DNA of 59,883 nt, filler included, from Thelocarpon superellum (Eukaryota): the NCBI GenBank assembly GCA_026025795.1. It is 2 parts of 2 records of this genome, joined end to end, with 100 filler letters (N's around TTAATTAATTAA, not from the genome) between each part and the next. Parts side by side here need not be neighbours in the genome. Positions count along the whole stretch, not along the records: positions 30,011 to 59,883 come from JAPEUG010000212.1; 1 more part is not named here. One strand, 5' to 3'. Shown here piece after piece: positions 34,573 to 46,048 of the stretch. The notes under the pieces were generated by a model. The model was not told where the DNA came from. It did no database searches and was given only the letters and a program-made list of their open reading frames with translations. A program made the position numbers and the translations under genes. The stretch's first letter is position 1; every line of letters begins with the position of its first letter.

Positions 34573-37500
34573 CTAGTGTGCTGTGCCTTGCACCCGCCGA
34601 GCCCAGTTCGCGCTGTTGAAACTGGCACGTACCGCTCCGCCGGGCGTCGAGCGTGGCGTCCCGAAGGAGCCGCTAGCCTCGCGTGATTTGCCGACCCGAC
34701 GCTTGTCCTTGCCGCGTGGGCTAGACGACGTACGCGGAGGGCGCGGGGCGGCTTTGATGCGCGGCTGCGTCAGGCTCTTGCCAGTGGTCGTGCCCGGGAG
34801 GAGGACTTCGATGACGGTGCCCTGCGAAGACTCCTTGGCCTTGAATGTGAAGGGCTCGACGCTTAGCACCTGCATCGGACGCTGGAACTTGGTCCGGTGG
34901 CGCGGCGTCGACGGCGCTTTGGCCGGCTGCCACGCATTGGGCGGAGCAAGGGTGGGGATCCGAACGATGGGGAGCGAGCCGAATTCGCGCTCCTCGAGGA
35001 GCGCCTCTTCCGTCGCCCGCGTCGTCACCTCCAATGACCCGTCCTTGGACCACCCGCGTGCTGCCTCGTCCTCGCGCGGCAAGGACACCGTCGCCGACGA
35101 CCGCGCCGCCGCTGTCTCGAGTGGCGCTCGACTGATCGAGCTGATGGCCCCCGTCTGCGGCTTTGGCGGCGCCGTCGGCTTCTTGGAATGGAAGAGTCCG
35201 TTGATTCGATCCTGCCAGGAGAAGCTTGGGTCGTGCACCGGCGGTGTCGGCCGGGCTGATTCGGTCATGGCCGGAAGCTCGACCTTGGCGCGGCCGACCG
35301 TGGCCGGCGGCAGCTTCACCACCGGCTTGGGCGAGGGGAGCAGGACCTGCGGGCGTTTGATGTCGCCATCGTAGACCGGATGCTCCACCGAGTCCGGCGG
35401 CGGGTTGGGGCCGAAATGCGTCTCGGCGTGGCCGGGCATGGCGGGGAGTTTCACCGCGGCGGGTGGGGCCGACCCGATCGGGTGCGGAAAGAATCGGGAT
35501 CCCCGGACACTGCCGCTGGGCGCAGGCGCGGTCGCAACGCCGCTGGAGGTCGGGGTGCTGGGCGCCGCCGGGGCGGCCGGGTCGGGGCTTGCTACCGTCG
35601 TCGAGACAGCCTTGATCTGACGCGGACCGGCAATGTTGTCGTCCACGATCACTTGTCGCCACGTATCACGGAACGAGGGCAGGGACGTCTCGCGCGCGAT
35701 GCCGGCTGCCTGCTCCTCCATACGTAGGGCGTACTGCTTCTTCGATCTCGTGGCTTCCTCCGCGTCCTGCTGTGCCAGCTGTGCCGGCAGCGCCTTCCAC
35801 GCCGATGCAGCACCTACGCGCCGTGGCTCGACCGAAGCGGAGGGTGCCACGGGTCGTCCGATGGGCCCCGGTCGAGACGCCACGTCGGGCGGTAGGGCCA
35901 GATGAGAGGGGACGGCAGGTTCCGTCCGACCCGTCGTCGGTGCCACGCTGGATCCATGCGGCCCGTCACCGGTCAGCGGCAGCCGCGTCTCCGCGTCGGG
36001 CGGCGAAGGTCCACCGGACCGGGTGACCGCAGTCGGCGGGCCGATCGGGCCTGGTCCAGGAGCCGCCTGGCGTGACCCTGGCTGCGTGACCGTTCGCGAC
36101 GGTAGACGTCCGTAGCCTCGATCAAAGGTGCCGTTGCCAAGGGCCTTGTCGTTGCTTGGCGGGCCCCAAAGATTCCCACCGGGCGCTGAGTGCGTCGTCA
36201 TGCTGGCGCCACCCCAGCTCGTGTACGTGTCCGACCCGGCCGGCACATGCTTCCACGGCTGCTCCTGGGGCTTCGTTGCCGTGGAGGACGGCACATGATC
36301 GGGAAGACCCTTCATGCTCACATCGTCCTCTACACGGCCCGGAAGCCCCGGAGCCCCAGCCGGCCGATGGCTGTTTGACATCGACGGATTGAGCGGGGCC
36401 ACCTCGCTCGGGGCGGGGCCGTCCGCGTCTCCATCCAGCGGGCGAGCCTCGCCGGCCATCGGCTTCCGCGCCGGCTTAGCCTGGTAGACCTTCACGCTCT
36501 CATGGCGCTTGGACGTGCCAGTCGTGGCCGGGTCCGTGGCCGGGGAGGCGGCGTTGGTCACGGCATCCTTGCTAGGGGCTGATGTTGACTCGCTGTCGGG
36601 ACTGGTTGTGGGCTTGGACAAGACCTCTTTGGGCTTGGCCTCCTTGCCGTCCTTCTCGCCAGGTGGAAGCATTCCAAGCGCTTCCATCTTCACGCGGATG
36701 CGCTCCTTTCGCTCGGCTTCTTCGCGGTCCTCTTGCTCCTTGCGCCGCTTCATGGCCAGCTCGCGACTCTCGCGCATGATCTTCTTCTGCATCTGGATCG
36801 GATCTTCCATTGGGGGGGCCACCTGACCGTTGGGAAGGCCGGGACCAGGTGACGCGCCCCCGTCAGGGTGTGAAGCCAGCGCCGCATGAGGGCTTCCCGG
36901 CGACGCCTGAGAGTGCCAGCCGGGGTGGGTGCCGTGACCCGGGCCCATTGGGTGGACCCCGTTGGCGAGTGACGACGCATTGGATGTGGGGGAGGGATGA
37001 TGATTCGAATCGGCGTGCTCGGACCCACCCGCTTGTTGAGATCCACGCCGTTGGCCAAGCATGGCGTGATGAGGGGGCGGTCCCATGTCGTGCCCTTTGC
37101 TCATCGACAGTCGGCGGCCCAGGTGGCCGCTCCCGCCGCTGATGCTCGACGATGTACGCCGGCGACCCCACGGTTCATCCTGACCACCGGCCCGGTGGGT
37201 TTGAAAAGCCGGCGAGGGCTCGGCAGGTCCTTTGGAATCGGTCGCGCTAGGTCGTTGCAGGACGGCAGGCTGGCGATGGTGCGGATCCGCTCGAAGCGAT
37301 CCTCGCCGTGCCTCGTTCACCGGCTCGTAACGACCCGATTGCGAGTTGTAGAGCTCTCGGCTAGCTCCGGAGTAGGTGTCACGCCAGGAGCGATTGAAAT
37401 CATCCGCCGCAATCTCGGTGGTGGCTGCTTGTGGGGACTGCATGCCCTCGCTACCAGACGCCATCTTGGGCGCGAAGCGAGGTGTGGCCTGTGACTGGGG

Positions 37501-38896
37501 AGGACTACCCACGACAGGGGAGACCCTCTCCACAGGGGGCAGTGGCGCCCACGGCGACTTGACCTGCTGCGGTACGGGCGGCTTGGCTACCAAAACGGGC
37601 TTTTCTGGTGCGCCTTTCAAGACGAGGCCGCCGGTGCGGATCGCGTTGCCGGCACTTGGTGCGGCCTTGGCAGGGCTTGACGTTCGCGGGATGACGCTGT
37701 CGGACGGTTGTGCTGGCGCCTCCTCGAGTCCCGCGGGGGCTGTAAGTTGGGACTGGTGGCTGGCCGGAGCGGCGCTAGGCTCGTCCGGTTGTGGCAGGGT
37801 GATCTTGGTTCCGTCGTTCCACTCGATGGTCTCTGGAGCCCAGTCATCATCGTCATCGTCAATGTCGGCCCATTTCGCTTCCTTCCCAGCCTCATCGGCT
37901 TGCAAGCGAGTGGCGAGGTGAATGCCGTATTGCTGTTTGAGCTCTTCGTCTGTGAACTGCTTAGGCGGCGCTGGTTGAGTCGCTAGATTCACTCCGATTA
38001 GCGTTGAGGTATCTCTCGGTTCAGTGCCCGTCACTTACGTCGGTTCTTGTTCCACACCTGGCTCGGGTCCGGACCTGCGCTACGCCCCGACCCTGGTGAG
38101 TTATTGGGGGCGCGGGGTGCTGCGTCGCGTAGCCCGCTTCCTGTCTTTGCAACCAGACGGGGTCGTGGGGGAGGCTGATTTGCGCCGCCCGTTTGACCGG
38201 TCAGGGCACCAACGACTAGGACATGAGGTCAGTCGTGGCGCGTGAGAAGAGGGGTCGTTCAGAATCGTACCTTTGTCGCCAAGCTTCGACGCGGGGATGG
38301 CGCCGGCGGCAGCCTTGGCGAGGAAGTTTTTGGTGACTGACACGGCTTTGAAAGTAGCCGGTTTCTTCAACGAGTTGGATCGCACATGGCGGCTGCCATC
38401 TGTCTCGTCTTTTTCGGCCCCGTCCAGTGCATCGTGCCGAGTCGTATCGGTGTCAGAGCCGCCGCTCAGATCGGCCGCGGCGATTTGCTCATGCGTGCGT
38501 TTGGCCTCAACCGCGGAAGACGGGTCGCCATTCGGCATCGAGGGTGATTTAGATCGATCCTGGGGACCACCGAGGCTCACCATCTACGCGGGTCAGTGTG
38601 ACCTGCCAGCGTCGACGAGGGGCAAAAGAGAAGCTCACCAAGGCTGACAGGTCGGTCAGTTTACCCTCATTGGGCGTGCCGTTTGTGAGGGGCGTGGTCG
38701 ACGCAGCAGGATTGTCAGGTGATGGTCGGACGTGGGCCTCGGACACGGCAGAGACTTGACTCGGGGGCTTGCCACTCTCCTCTGCATCCCCAGGAGCGTG
38801 GATATGGTTTGGGCGTGTTGCGAGATCGTCGGCGAGCGAGGCGTCGCCCACCGACCGTGTTTGGTTTACCACATCGTGGACGCTCTGCTCTGCCAT
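34573..38896 (-). CDS. Large conserved fungal low-complexity protein (~1350 aa, about 4 exons), possibly PRRC2/BAT2-like
   Basis: Exons linked by canonical introns. Motifs KKPATFKAVSVTKNFLAK, NKNR, FTDEELKQQYGIHLATRL, KWADIDDDDDDWAPETIEWNDGTK, ELYNSQSGRYEP, a central coiled coil and NLWGPP. Alternative start at 39004. Confidence 0.82.
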
Positions 38897-40377
38897 AACA
38901 ATCTTCAAATCTGTTGTGGGAACAGCGGCGTGGGCGCCATGGTCAGACTTCTGTGCATGTAACTCGTAGTCGACGGAGGGGCGGCCGAACGCGACGTCGG
39001 CCATGGTACAGGACGTCATGCAGCGACACAGGAAAAAACAGTAACTACCTATCAGCGGGGAGAAGAGATCGCCACGGTGCAATCACGGGCACTCTGCGGG
39101 TACCACGGCCAGACCGTCGCCACGTGAGTTGACGGCGGTAAGATGACGCACGGATCTCTGCACGGAGAGTCCGAGGCAGCAGCCGAGCGCGCAGCAAGAC
39201 GCAGACCAGGTGATGGGTGGTCGATTGGTGGAGTGGGAGGAGAAATCAGCCGGTGGCGTCGAGCGACTGACTCGAAGGATGATGATGGTGGGTGTGGATG
39301 GAACTGAAGAGGAGTAGATGGTTGCGACCCCGACAGGAGAGAGGTGATGCGAACTGACCCGACGGCCGTAGTTTGGCCGATTCTGCGTGTTGCCGCGACC
39401 AGTCACCTGCCAGGTACCGACGCACCACTTGAGCGCGCCCAAGATACTTTCGTTACGCGCGGTCCGCCGCACCTTACTATGGTAACACGCCAAGTCGCAC
39501 CACGCAACACCGACAGACTCGCCTCGTCCCTCTATTGCCGGGCCCCGGCACAGCACGCTCGCCTTCTCGCGATCGACCGAGTCTTGGGTTGTGACATGCG
39601 TCCCCACTAGACGTCCACATTGCTCTCGTACCTTCCCCATCTACATCGATGCTCAACCCGCCGTCACCCGTCGGCCGATGAGTCAAAGGCTCTTCACTCG
39701 GCCTGCAGACATCGGAAGAGGCTTTCTGGTGCCATGACGAATCACAGCGCCTCCGAACTCCCGTAATATTCTCTGTCATGCTCACTTATGAGGTCGTTGA
39801 AGGCTATCCGATTTCGCTCAACATAAGTGGCTCAACATGAGAGCGCCGTCTCAACACTGCGGCAGTTGTATGGGAGTGGGTTTGCGGAAATGAACGGCCA
39901 CCTGTAGGAATTGATTGCGAATTTCTACACTGAACAGCCAACAGACAGTAGTCTTTGCAGCCTTAGCAGAGCATCCCATCAAACCGTTTGAACACCTACC
40001 TCTGGCTTGGGTTGACGGGCGTGCTCCACGATGAAATATCTGGCTTTGTTCAAAATCAATGGGAGCGCTCCATCGTACACCATCTTCCGACATTGCATTT
40101 GAAGGGGGTGCTCCTTGCTCGCTCTCTAGGGGGTGTAGCCCTTCATCTGCCAGTTGAGACTTGACTTCCTCGTCCCCTCATTTCCGCACACCCTCCCGGA
40201 TCTCGTCCTCCATCGCTGATATTGTCGACGTGACGGATGAACGGGACCGGGAATCAATCTAGATCAGAAGTGATATTCTGCTAGCCACTCTACTAAAGTA
40301 CATCTCGTCAACCTCTGCCCGCTCCTGAATGCCCCCAGGCTGTTCGTTCCTGTTGCTGTTCCCGTGACTCTCTTTAC

Positions 40378-41009
40378 TCAATGCGCGTTGTTCTTGTGAT
40401 GGCCTAGATCTGGTTAGCGACGACAGGTTCTTTGCTTCAACGGGCCAGCGGAGCCGTACGGAGGTGGAAGTAGTAGTTCTGCGCGTAGCTGATGAGGATG
40501 ATGGCTCCGATGGCGTGAGCGATGGCTATCATCGTCGCGGTCAGCCGAGTCTGCAAGACATAGCCAGGCCTGCGAAAGTCTGGGGGTGCTTACGTGCGGC
40601 GGATGGGTTTTTGCCAAAGTACCGGGCACGGTATCGGCCGATCAGGCCTTTTGCTTTAATCTCGGGCGCCGGACCTCGTGGCAGCTTCTCATAGAACTCA
40701 ACGACCCGCTGCATCCTTGCGGCATCTTGGGCGGCGCCGATACCCTTGCAGTGAGCCTCATCAGCTGCGTTTCTGGGCTTCGCGGAAAGGAAATCGCTCG
40801 TGGTAAGGCAGAGGCCACGAGACGGAAAGCCGATGAAGCCGAGCGGCAGACCACAGCACGCTCTAAAAGTTGACTCACCGAAGGCGATGCAATCTATGAG
40901 GGAAGGCAGATCAGCATGCTTCGCCGTCCAAGTGCGAAGGCGGAAGAGGAGGATAACGTGCCTTGGGCGGGATCAGGGTTGAGAGCGTGCGGCGAGTGAT
41001 GAAGCTCAT
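40378..41009 (-). CDS. ATP17: Mitochondrial ATP synthase subunit f; 5 coding exons (missed by the ORF track)
   Basis: Spliced translation MSFITRRTLSTLIPPK|IASPS|GIGAAQDAARMQRVVEFYEKLPRGPAPEIKAKGLIGRYRARYFGKNPSAA|PIAHAIGAIILISYAQNYYFHL|RHHKNNAH*. Confidence 0.93.
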
Positions 41010-41341
41010 GGCGAAGACAGCCTTTCTCTCGTCAGTCAATCTGATTCGACGAACTCAGCCAAGTTACCAATGAACCTCACCTCAGAGGGTCGGTCTGTGA
41101 AGGGGAATACTGACGAACGATTGCTGTCGTGGTGTCGGAAGATGCTCAAACATTACGCTTAACGTCGACCGAGTGGTTCCTTCTCTTTCCGACAGTCTCA
41201 CCGTGGCTGATGACTAATCCAAGCATCACCTCAGCGGGCCCCCACTGAACCACCACGAGTAAAGCGACTGCGAACGACGACGCGGGTCTAATACCGGTGC
41301 ATTCAGAAACAAAACGTCAATTTCACAGCAATCAATCCATC

Positions 41342-42127
41342 ATGTCATTGCTAAGGTCGAGATTGCTGGTGCGACCCGGGATTCCCGCCATCATCACGAC
41401 ATCTCTCAATCTCAGACGCTATGAAAGCAATGCCACCATAGACCGGGCTGTCCAAGCTCCTCCCAAACCGAAGCCCTCGAACCGCCCCACGGCCTCGTCG
41501 GACGCTTCCGCTCTGGTTCGCCAGGAGGACCCATCTGAAAGCCTGGCGCAGCACAACCAACCCGACTATGATGCCGTAGTAGATCACGCTACGTCGTCAG
41601 TCGTCTCAACACACATTGCTCTCCCTCCGTTGCTGACTTCGTCGTCGTCGTAGATCATTCTCGCCCGTCCCTAAGCGTGTTATGAACGGGAGTGAGGCCG
41701 GTGAGGTGCTTCCTGCCGCGGTTCTATCGGGTGCCCCGGTCGATCTTCAGGCCCGAACGGTCCGGTAAGGATGCATCGATCAGACCAGTATCGCCCCTCT
41801 AAGAGCTCGACGTGTAGGATTTATCGGCCGGCAAAACCCGCGACACAGTCCGGCGAGTGGCACGGTCATCAGTGGCGGATGGATTGGGATGTCCTTGGCA
41901 AGGGGCACCGGTGGGAAAACCCCCTGATGGGTTGGCAGTCGTCAGCCGACTTCATGCAGGGCACGCACATGAACTTCTCCTCCAAAGACGATGCCATCCG
42001 ATTCGCCGAAAAGCAAGGGTATGAGTACTTTGTGCAGGAGCACAACGAACGCAACATTGTCCCAAAAGCATATGCGAACAACTTCTTGCATTCCCCTAAG
42101 AAGCTGAAGCATATCCGGACCAAATGA
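41342..42127 (+). CDS. nuo-21: Complex I accessory subunit NDUFS4 (21 kDa subunit); 3 exons
   Basis: [13 protein letters not shown]...WRMDWD...[17 protein letters not shown]...[20 protein letters not shown]...KAYANNF. Confidence 0.93.
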
Positions 42128-42681
42128 GCCTTCGATGGACCGACGAGACCGACAGTGGCAAACCACGATGTACATAACGAATTTGAATTCCCTTGGGGAC
42201 GCTTGACCAAGGCATCTTATCCGTCGGTACCCTCCTCCCGACTGGATAAATGTGGATGTTGACGCGCTGTGTTCTTCTCCGACCGCGTTGGGCCGGGCAT
42301 CACTCACCGAAATGCCACCAGGCCAGACTAAGGCCTGTCGTCACTGTACCATTACGCGTCCTAGCGCCAGAGGGACGCAAAAGACTACTCTATCGTCCTG
42401 AACATTCACGGTCGCTTTCAATCTAGACCCAGCAGATCTTGAGAGCAGGCCACGCACGCAACTCTGTTGCTTCCCATCTGTCAGGTCGTGCCATCTCTTC
42501 TCTCTTCTCCATCTCTTCCCATCGCGCACAACACCACGCGCTCTTCAAAATCCACCACCTTGGGGGCACGCCGTGATAGACAACACCATCTAGGATGTGA
42601 GTACTCTGGTGGCCTCTTCCGATCTTGCAGGGTTGTTGGCACTAACAGAGCTTCGCAGCATAGCCTCGGACGCAGCCCATC

Positions 42682-43533
42682 ATGAGTGCCATCTTTTCCG
42701 ACCGCCATTTCGTCCAAATCGAGCAAGCAGAGCCAGACTCCAGCCCCGAGCCGTCCGATGGAGGGTCAACGACCGCAGAGGATCCGTTCCCGTTTCTGCG
42801 GCTGCCATCGGAGATTCGAAACCTCGTGTATTACTACGTCAACTGCGACGGGGTGGACGAGAACGGCAAAGAGCGGAACGTCCACACGGTTACGTGGACT
42901 CAGAAGAATCGGTTCAAGCCGGAGTTTATATATTCGCCGCCGATTTCGAGCGGTCATCTGGCCTTGTGTCGACAGATCTACTCCGAGGCCCGGCCGATGT
43001 TCTGGAACAACATCGAGTGGAAATTCAATGACACGGACTCACTGTGTCATTTCCTCGAGTTCATCGGGCACAAGCGTCGTCGCAAAATGCAGCACCTCTC
43101 CGTCACCTATTACGGGACCTACGCCAACCGGGCGTTCCAGAAGCTCCGCACATGCGCCTTTCTGAAAACGCTCGAGCTTAACCTGACGAACGAGATTCTC
43201 CGGCTTGGCTTTAGAGACGAGCACATGCTCTATCTCTGTGCTCTCAAAACGATCAAGAGTTTGACCAAAGTCACGTTCGGGCAGGCTATTTGCTTCGACT
43301 CGAACCTCTCAGTTCGCCGCGGCGGTCCCGTTCCACCCGGTGGAAATCAAATCAGTTCGCCTTTTGACTCAAGGGGGCGCTACATTGGCCCAGCCGTGCC
43401 CGCGGATGGCTTGTCTTTGCCGTTGGTACTTGCGCCTCATTGCTGTCAGCCTGCCTATGAGGAGCGTCTCCACCGAGAGATCCTAGGACGCGGTAGTGGA
43501 CGACCTGGGCTTGAGAATGTGTTAGTACACTGA
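42682..43533 (+). CDS. Hypothetical protein with an F-box-like N-terminal motif
   Basis: PFPFLRLPSEIRNLVYYY...LALCRQIYSEARPMFWNN pattern, common in ascomycete F-box-like families. Confidence 0.75.
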   Translation: MSAIFSDRHFVQIEQAEPDSSPEPSDGGSTTAEDPFPFLRLPSEIRNLVYYYVNCDGVDENGKERNVHTVTWTQKNRFKPEFIYSPPISSGHLALCRQIYSEARPMFWNNIEWKFNDTDSLCHFLEFIGHKRRRKMQHLSVTYYGTYANRAFQKLRTCAFLKTLELNLTNEILRLGFRDEHMLYLCALKTIKSLTKVTFGQAICFDSNLSVRRGGPVPPGGNQISSPFDSRGRYIGPAVPADGLSLPLVLAPHCCQPAYEERLHREILGRGSGRPGLENVLVH

Positions 43534-43878
43534 TCTTTGTCTCCCGAATCTGTACTAAGTCCCTGACAGGCTCCACGTTCACGACATGGATCGTGCGAAC
43601 GGATGATGGGCCGTCGCGCCAGACGGCCATTGAGGCGGGGAACACCGCGGGGATGACTGCGCGCGCGGCGTGAGCGACAGGACATCCTCGTGCAAGAGCT
43701 CTCATGACTACGATCGTTCTGAAATAGAACTTGGCGATCTCCAGATCTTTCTACGCGAGCAGGGACGTCTCCACGATCGCATACGATCGGAAAAGATATG
43801 CGTAGGGAAGTCTCCACGATAGCCTAGGATTCAAACCGTCCTTTTTCTTTCATTTCTTTGATGTAGTTTAGAACCTTT

Positions 43879-45562
43879 TCAGCAGCCAAAATATCGCGTC
43901 GCGATCCACCGTTCCTCGTAGTCTTCCACTACTTTTCCTACGACCAGCTTGACTCCAGGAAATACGTTGCACAGCCGATTGATGCCCAATTTCGGCGCCG
44001 TGTATGTCACCACGACGATCCTACTCTCGAGCACGCCGTGGTCGACCAGCACCTTGACGGCCATGAGGGCCGCGGCACCACTCGACATCTGCGGATCGAG
44101 CAGCAGCACATCCTCGTGCGTAGAGATGTCCGACGCGAGCTTGAGGTAGTGCAGCTCGGGCTCGCCCGTGCGGAAGTTGGTCTTGATCAGCATCCGCCCC
44201 GTTCGGCAGTCCGGGATGACCCGCCGCAGACCCGTCGCGAACGCCGCTCCGGCTCGGAGGATCACGACCGCGCTGACTTCGCCAAGTGGTAGGAAGCCAT
44301 TGTATGGAGCCCCACTGGGGGTTTCGACGCGCGCTGCTCTAAAGCGCGTGAGATCGAGCGCTCTGCGATACGTCAGTGCATGAGTCTTCGACGGTGATGG
44401 GTCCGCTGACTTTTCGATGAGCAGAGCGGCCAGTCGGTCAAAATAGAAGATGAAATCTTCACGGTCCGTCTCGCAGTCTTGTATGATGGTGCTCATGCCC
44501 CGGATCTGAGGGGTTTGGGTGAGCGGTAGGGCATGGTCCGACAGCGGCTCATCCTCGACCTCCATGCCGAGTTTCTTCAGCTCCGCTCTATGCTTGTGGG
44601 ATTTATCCGTCAGAAGACGCTGAATGTGCTTCACGATGATGTCTACCTTCGTCAGCTTGGGTCATCTCACACCGAGATGAGCGCCATACCGATCGCGACC
44701 TTGTTGTCAATGCCTCGTGGGACAATGATATCTGCGGCCTGTTAGTTCTGGGCGGCAGACAGAGATGATGCAGCCGTACCGGCTTGTTTCCGCTGCGGGT
44801 CCACATAACGCTCGAAGTTTGGTTTCACAAATGCAAACCACTGCTTGATGACGCCGTCCAAGTCTCGTCCGCGAGTCCGAATGTCCCGAGTAACTTGAGA
44901 GCGACACGTCAGCCAAGGACCGTCACTTTTAGCCAGCATGAATACGCACTCCTTCGGGCAAGACAGGTGTCTGCATCTGCTTCCGCGAAGATCTGGGCGG
45001 GTTAATTGTTGCCCTCGAACCGATCGAGACGACGACCGACCTTCAGATCGAGAAGTTCCAGGACCCTGGGATCATACAATGCAAAGATGCCCTCCAAGAT
45101 CAAAACGTGTGGAGAGTAGATCGAGGTGGTGTTCTCGAGGCGAGCGTGTTTCGCGAAGGAGTAGATTGGGATCTCTGTCTTCTTGCTGTCGGCACAAGAC
45201 ATCAGGCGGAGGGGTCATCGGAGGTACCGGAGGCCTCTTACCCTTGCTTGAGTTCACGGAGCTTATCGACCAGCAAGTCGAAGTCAATTGCACTAGGTAC
45301 ATCGACATCATATTCATTACGGAAGGCGAGCTGCAGCTGCTCGGGGCTCAAGGGCTTGTAGAAGGAATCCTGGGGACTCCCATCAGCCGCGGAGGGATAG
45401 ATTCGGTGAGGACTAGCGGACCATGGACAGTATAATCACCCACGGGCGGTCAAGAAGGGACATGATCTCTACGGAGAGGGAAGTTTTGCCCGAGCCCGAG
45501 CTCCCGGCAATGCCGATGATGCTGGTATTCTTCCATGGCGGGGAATAATGAGGACGAAGCAT
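43879..45562 (-). CDS. URK1: Uridine kinase with a C-terminal UPRTase-like domain, multi-exon
   Basis: HYSPPW...IIGIAGSSGSGKT, DSFYK, EIPIYSFAKHAR, VLILEGIFAL, RGRDLDGVIKQWFAFVKPNF, REDFIFYFDRL, LLLDPQMSSGAAALMA. The start codon is tentative. Confidence 0.92.
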
Positions 45563-46048
45563 GGTGTTTGAAGTGTACAGCGAGAGCGAAGCACGAATGG
45601 ATCTTGAAATCTTTCACCCAAGCACGAACGCCATGCCCAGAAGGGGCATCCCGGTGAGCTCGTTAGACTAGGAAAGCAGTCAACAGCCGCGACGTGAGAC
45701 ACAACATGAGAACGCCGACGGCATGGGAGACGCGGGCCACTCGATTCCTTGGTCTCGCGGCACGTGCCGGAGTTGGGCTAAGGGCGATCCCGGCTGCCGG
45801 TAGGACTCGTAAGTGGCTGCGAACACTGCAGAGCTAAGGCTCCGGCTCCGCTCCCGCCTTGACCAAGCTCGGCAAACTCCTTCGGTCGCCGTTCCTCGCC
45901 TTGTCCCCTATGCATCTCTCCGTCTTCAACTCGCTGCACGGATGATTCCAGATGTAGCTTGAGCTCTCGGAGCGCACGAGCCCACTCTACCGCCGTCAAC
46001 CCATCGTTGATTGTGCGCGTCGGGATCGACGCAGGCTTCTCCATCGCC

